DNA of 64,000 bases. Origin: Antedon mediterranea. Lineage: Eukaryota; Animalia; Echinodermata. Made by a program: the position numbers and the translations under genes. The first letter of the stretch is position 1, and each line of letters starts with the position of its first letter. Below, piece after piece: positions 60,393-64,000 of the stretch. The stretch is taken from assembly GCF_964355755.1 (NCBI RefSeq), contig NC_092678.1, forward strand, positions 5,410,422-5,474,421. The letters are read 5' to 3'. The notes beneath the pieces were generated by a model. The model did no database searches and was not told the DNA's origin. It worked only from the letters and a program-made list of their open reading frames with translations.

Positions 60393-62801
60393 ATGTCAAC
60401 AGCTGATTACAGATTTTCAAAATTCCTTTTAAGTATAAGTAATAAGTATAATTGTGAAAAGTATTTATGGCTGAAGCTTTTGCTATTTGACCACTGTTCA
60501 GGAGAATTGTTAGGCAGTGACAACGACTCAGGACTTTCGTTGTTTAATGAGCTTGAGGAACAAGGTTACATTTCTTACAAACCACTGGATGTTGAAATTC
60601 TAGAGGACATTGCTAAAGTAACGGAACAGAATGCGGCCTTAGAGCTAATAGAAAAGTTTAAAAATGAGCAAGCCAACAAGAAAGAAGACAACTTCACCAT
60701 GGGCAAACCGATCACAAAATTCCGCACAGACCTTTTTAAAGCTTTAAGAAAAAATACAAAAAAAGTACCAGACATTGCTGCTGTCTACAAGCTAAGACAT
60801 GAGAATATTTGGGATCTTGTATTTGAGCTGGAAAAGAGTGAATGTCTGGTGGACACGTGGGAATCAAAGGAATTGTTTGCTCAACAACTCACCAAGGATG
60901 CTGAAAATATTTTGCTTGGTATGTACTTTATCATAAATAATGGATTTCAATAATAATATGACACAGAGAATCAAATATTTCCTGCGCACTGTACACAAAA
61001 CCCACTGAACTTCTTCACATAGATAAACCTGAAGGGTATCATTTCACCCACAACTAAGTCTTGAAGTAATAAAACAATTAATCTATATAACAGAAAATGA
61101 AAACTCTTTTTTTTAAGGTGTCACATCAAGCACTAAGCCAGCATTATACAAGTCTGACATGCTTGATATCGTAAGTGTTCAATTTAGCCAACATGAGTTA
61201 CCTTTCATATTTCTGAATTTGAATATTTAAGAAATATAATCCTAACTCACCACCATGGTTAAGATTTTTGTTTGCATTTCCAAATTCAATTTCTTTATAA
61301 AATGGAATAAGTAAAACATTCCTTAAATCTATTTAGTTGCAGTAGTGTACTGAGCCACTCTGGGAGTTTTGTTGTAGAGATATTATACCCATTTGTTTAA
61401 ATGTATATATTGGTACCTTTTTTCTGTGATTGTTATTATGTTTATACAATAATACTACAATATATATTATCTTTTATTTTAAAGATAAATAAACAGTTGG
61501 CAAACAAGGAAATTGAAGCAGAAGTGGATAGATTTGAAAACACTCATCTGGATTCAATATATCCATCTTATCCTCAGGTTTCTCCAACTAACTTATTAAA
61601 GAGAGTGTACCAACGTGGGAAAGATTTCATGAAGAAGAACACCGATAATAAAGAAGACCAACTATCAGTAAAGAAATCAGATGAAACTCAAAACTTGTTA
61701 ATAAAAGAAATCATTCAACTGCCAACTATTGAAAAATTAACCCTTAATAGAGAAGATACATGCATAACAGTCACAAAGGGACAGCCGTTTGCAGTGAATG
61801 TAACAAATGTGGATAAGAGTGATGCACACAAAGTAACTGCTACTTTGATAAACCCATCATGCAAAAACATTCCCACTGATGAAGTAGAATACCTAGGAGA
61901 GTATACAATAACAGGTAGATGTAATGAGGAAGGCAATTGGAAGATGAAGATCACTGCTGGAGTAGCACACGTCAAAGGATCACCAGTGAATATCGAAGTG
62001 GTACCACTGGGACTTGTACGTACCATTGACGACCTAGAAGAACACAAAGTATCAGATGTAGTATTAAACTCCGATGGTTTTATATTAGTAGCAAGCTATT
62101 GTAATCAGATTCTGAAGTATAATCAATCAGGTGAAATTGCTGCCAATGATGAAGTGACACCGAACACTAAGTTGAATAAGATGCACAAAATGGGTAATGG
62201 TTACATTTTGTATAGTGACACAGAAGGGAAGAGAGTTGTAATGTATACTAACAAACTTAAAGAAATAAGACAATTTGGTAAAGGAATATTGGAATGTCCA
62301 ATGGGGTTGACAGTAAACAACAAAACAAATTCTATGTATGTTGCAGATGAAAAACTTAATTGTGTATTCAAATTTGATGTTGATGATGATACAAAACGGG
62401 ATGAGATAGGTTCTAAAAATAGAGAACAAGCTAAACTGAATTGTCCGTGCGATGTCACTTTAAACAAGGAAGGTCATTTAATGGTTACCGACTCTGGTAA
62501 TCATAGAATACTAGTGTTTGATGCAGATGGTACCTTTATTAAAAGACTTATAAGCAAAGGTGAGGAAGATGGGAAAGTTATCCATCCTAATGCTATAGTA
62601 ATGGACATGGATGAAAACATAATAGTAACGAGTGAAAATAAAGTACAATTATTTCATAAAAATGGTGATTTTATAAAACGAATAGATGGCATAAACGACA
62701 GTATTGATAAACCATGTGGAATCAGTGTGATCTCCAATAGACCAAGGAGAGTAGCCATTGCAAATGGTGGAAAGAACAATGTGAAAATATTTAATTACTA
62801 A
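60393..62801 (+). CDS. Array copy 5 (intact, ~631 aa): DED-DED linked directly to filamin and NHL (no TIR, TRADD-N-like domain or B-box)
   Basis: Exons 60393-60918, 61118-61170 and 61485-62801 total 1896 nt in frame with canonical sites. Confidence 0.8.
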
Positions 62802-63067
62802 ACAGCCAAATGTTTTTGAAAATCACATATCATTATAGTTTTTTAAACTTTTTAAACATTCTTTTAATTATAAAGGACCTAAATATTTTAACTCTTTAGA
62901 CGTTCAATTAGAAATTGCAATACTTTTTTAAATTTTAAAAGTAAATTAAAGAATTTTATGCTTAATAATGATACATTTTAAATGTTTATCTTCCTAACCT
63001 TTTTACATCTTTCCTTTTAATTTATATATATATATAATGATATATATATAATGATATAATGATATAA

Positions 63068-63228
63068 TGATGAAGGGCTAGTGTTGCCCGAAAGCTCTGC
63101 TAACTTTTCTGGCTGTTTACTTTATCGTTTTGATTTAGCTTTTCGCTTTTTATTTTTGAATCTCCATTGAGATCCAGCCACTGATACCCACAGCATTGTC
63201 ATTTTTTTCAGTAATTTGCCTTTGGATT
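63068..63228 (+). mobile_element. Penelope-like terminal repeat fragment inserted in an AT microsatellite
   Basis: TGATGAA-GGGC...GCCC-GAAA hammerhead-like head; flanked by (TA)n/(ATGAT)n repeats. Confidence 0.45.
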
Positions 63229-63859
63229 TATATATATATACTTTATTGAATTTTAACTATTGTAATATATTTTTTTACTTGTAATGTTGTAATGTAGCTT
63301 GTATTGTTGAGGGCCCCTTGAAATATTGTTGAATAAATAAATGAATTCATTATTTGAAAAAGTTGCTATTGCATAACAATTTCAAAAGCAACATTTTTTA
63401 AGCATATTACTGACAATTACCAAGCAACTTTAATAATGTACAATATTTGTACTGCATGTAATATAATGTATGATAATGAAATGTCATGATCTTTAAATAC
63501 AAAATTCATATTTTTAAGTTTTATCTGAAAATCACAGACAATTTATGTGTTATTTATATTTTATTCATAGGGTATGTAGAGAAAGGTTTATAATGAAATC
63601 AGTAATTAGTTGAAAAAAGTAATATAAAATAAAGCCATAAAGGTACAAAATATGCTTTGTGAACTGATATGTGATCTTTTAGTTGTGCGTCTTTAGTGAG
63701 CAATTAGTCTACAGTAATAGATAGGCATACGAAACAGCATAAATACTACCTTGTGAACAGATAGGCACACTCCTATACATGTTAAGACAAACAAATAACT
63801 GACACCACTACATACAGTTGTTGGATTACTTCACTCTACTTTAGTTAGTTAGTGTCCTT

Positions 63860-64000
63860 ACCTTCTTTTTGCTGGTAGGGTTGACAATGACAGACTGTTT
63901 CATCGGGGATTTCACTTCTATTTTAACATTAACAAGACTGTAGCTTGCCAGTTGCTGCAGGACTGGTTCACCAGGTGCTGTTTCTACTGGTAACAATTTT
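63860..64000 (-). other. Duplicated exon of the minus-strand gene (near-identical to 40230-40370); continues beyond the window
   Basis: 63500-64000 closely matches 39865-40370. Confidence 0.7.

Overview
AT-rich, intron-containing animal DNA; a marine invertebrate is inferred from the TE and domain repertoire. The window is dominated by a tandem array of five paralogous + strand multi-exon genes. Spliced by hand at GT/AG sites, they encode a modular protein: tandem DED-like domains, Ser/Thr/Glu linker exons, 0-2 TIR-like domains, a TRADD-N-like domain, an optional B-box/coiled coil, filamin and an NHL beta-propeller. This is a RING-less TRIM-NHL body fused to death-fold and TIR signalling modules. 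Copies 3, 4 and 5 splice into intact ORFs (about 1078, 1084 and 631 aa) with three different domain sets, and each has a consensus NF-kappaB site upstream of its non-coding first exon. Copies 1 and 2 are damaged (a deletion and a frameshift). Inside the array sits a related DED-DED gene ending in three predicted transmembrane helices (about 432 aa). A minus-strand multi-exon gene of unknown function and duplicated fragments of it are interleaved with the array. Mobile DNA includes an intact Gypsy-like element with 180-bp non-TG/CA LTRs and a 3-bp TSD, a non-autonomous LTR element with 460-bp LTRs, a frameshifted CR1/L2-type LINE, Penelope fragments, DINE-1/HINE-like elements, MITEs, SINEs and minisatellites. 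All domain calls are by eye from motifs and need HMM or structure confirmation.
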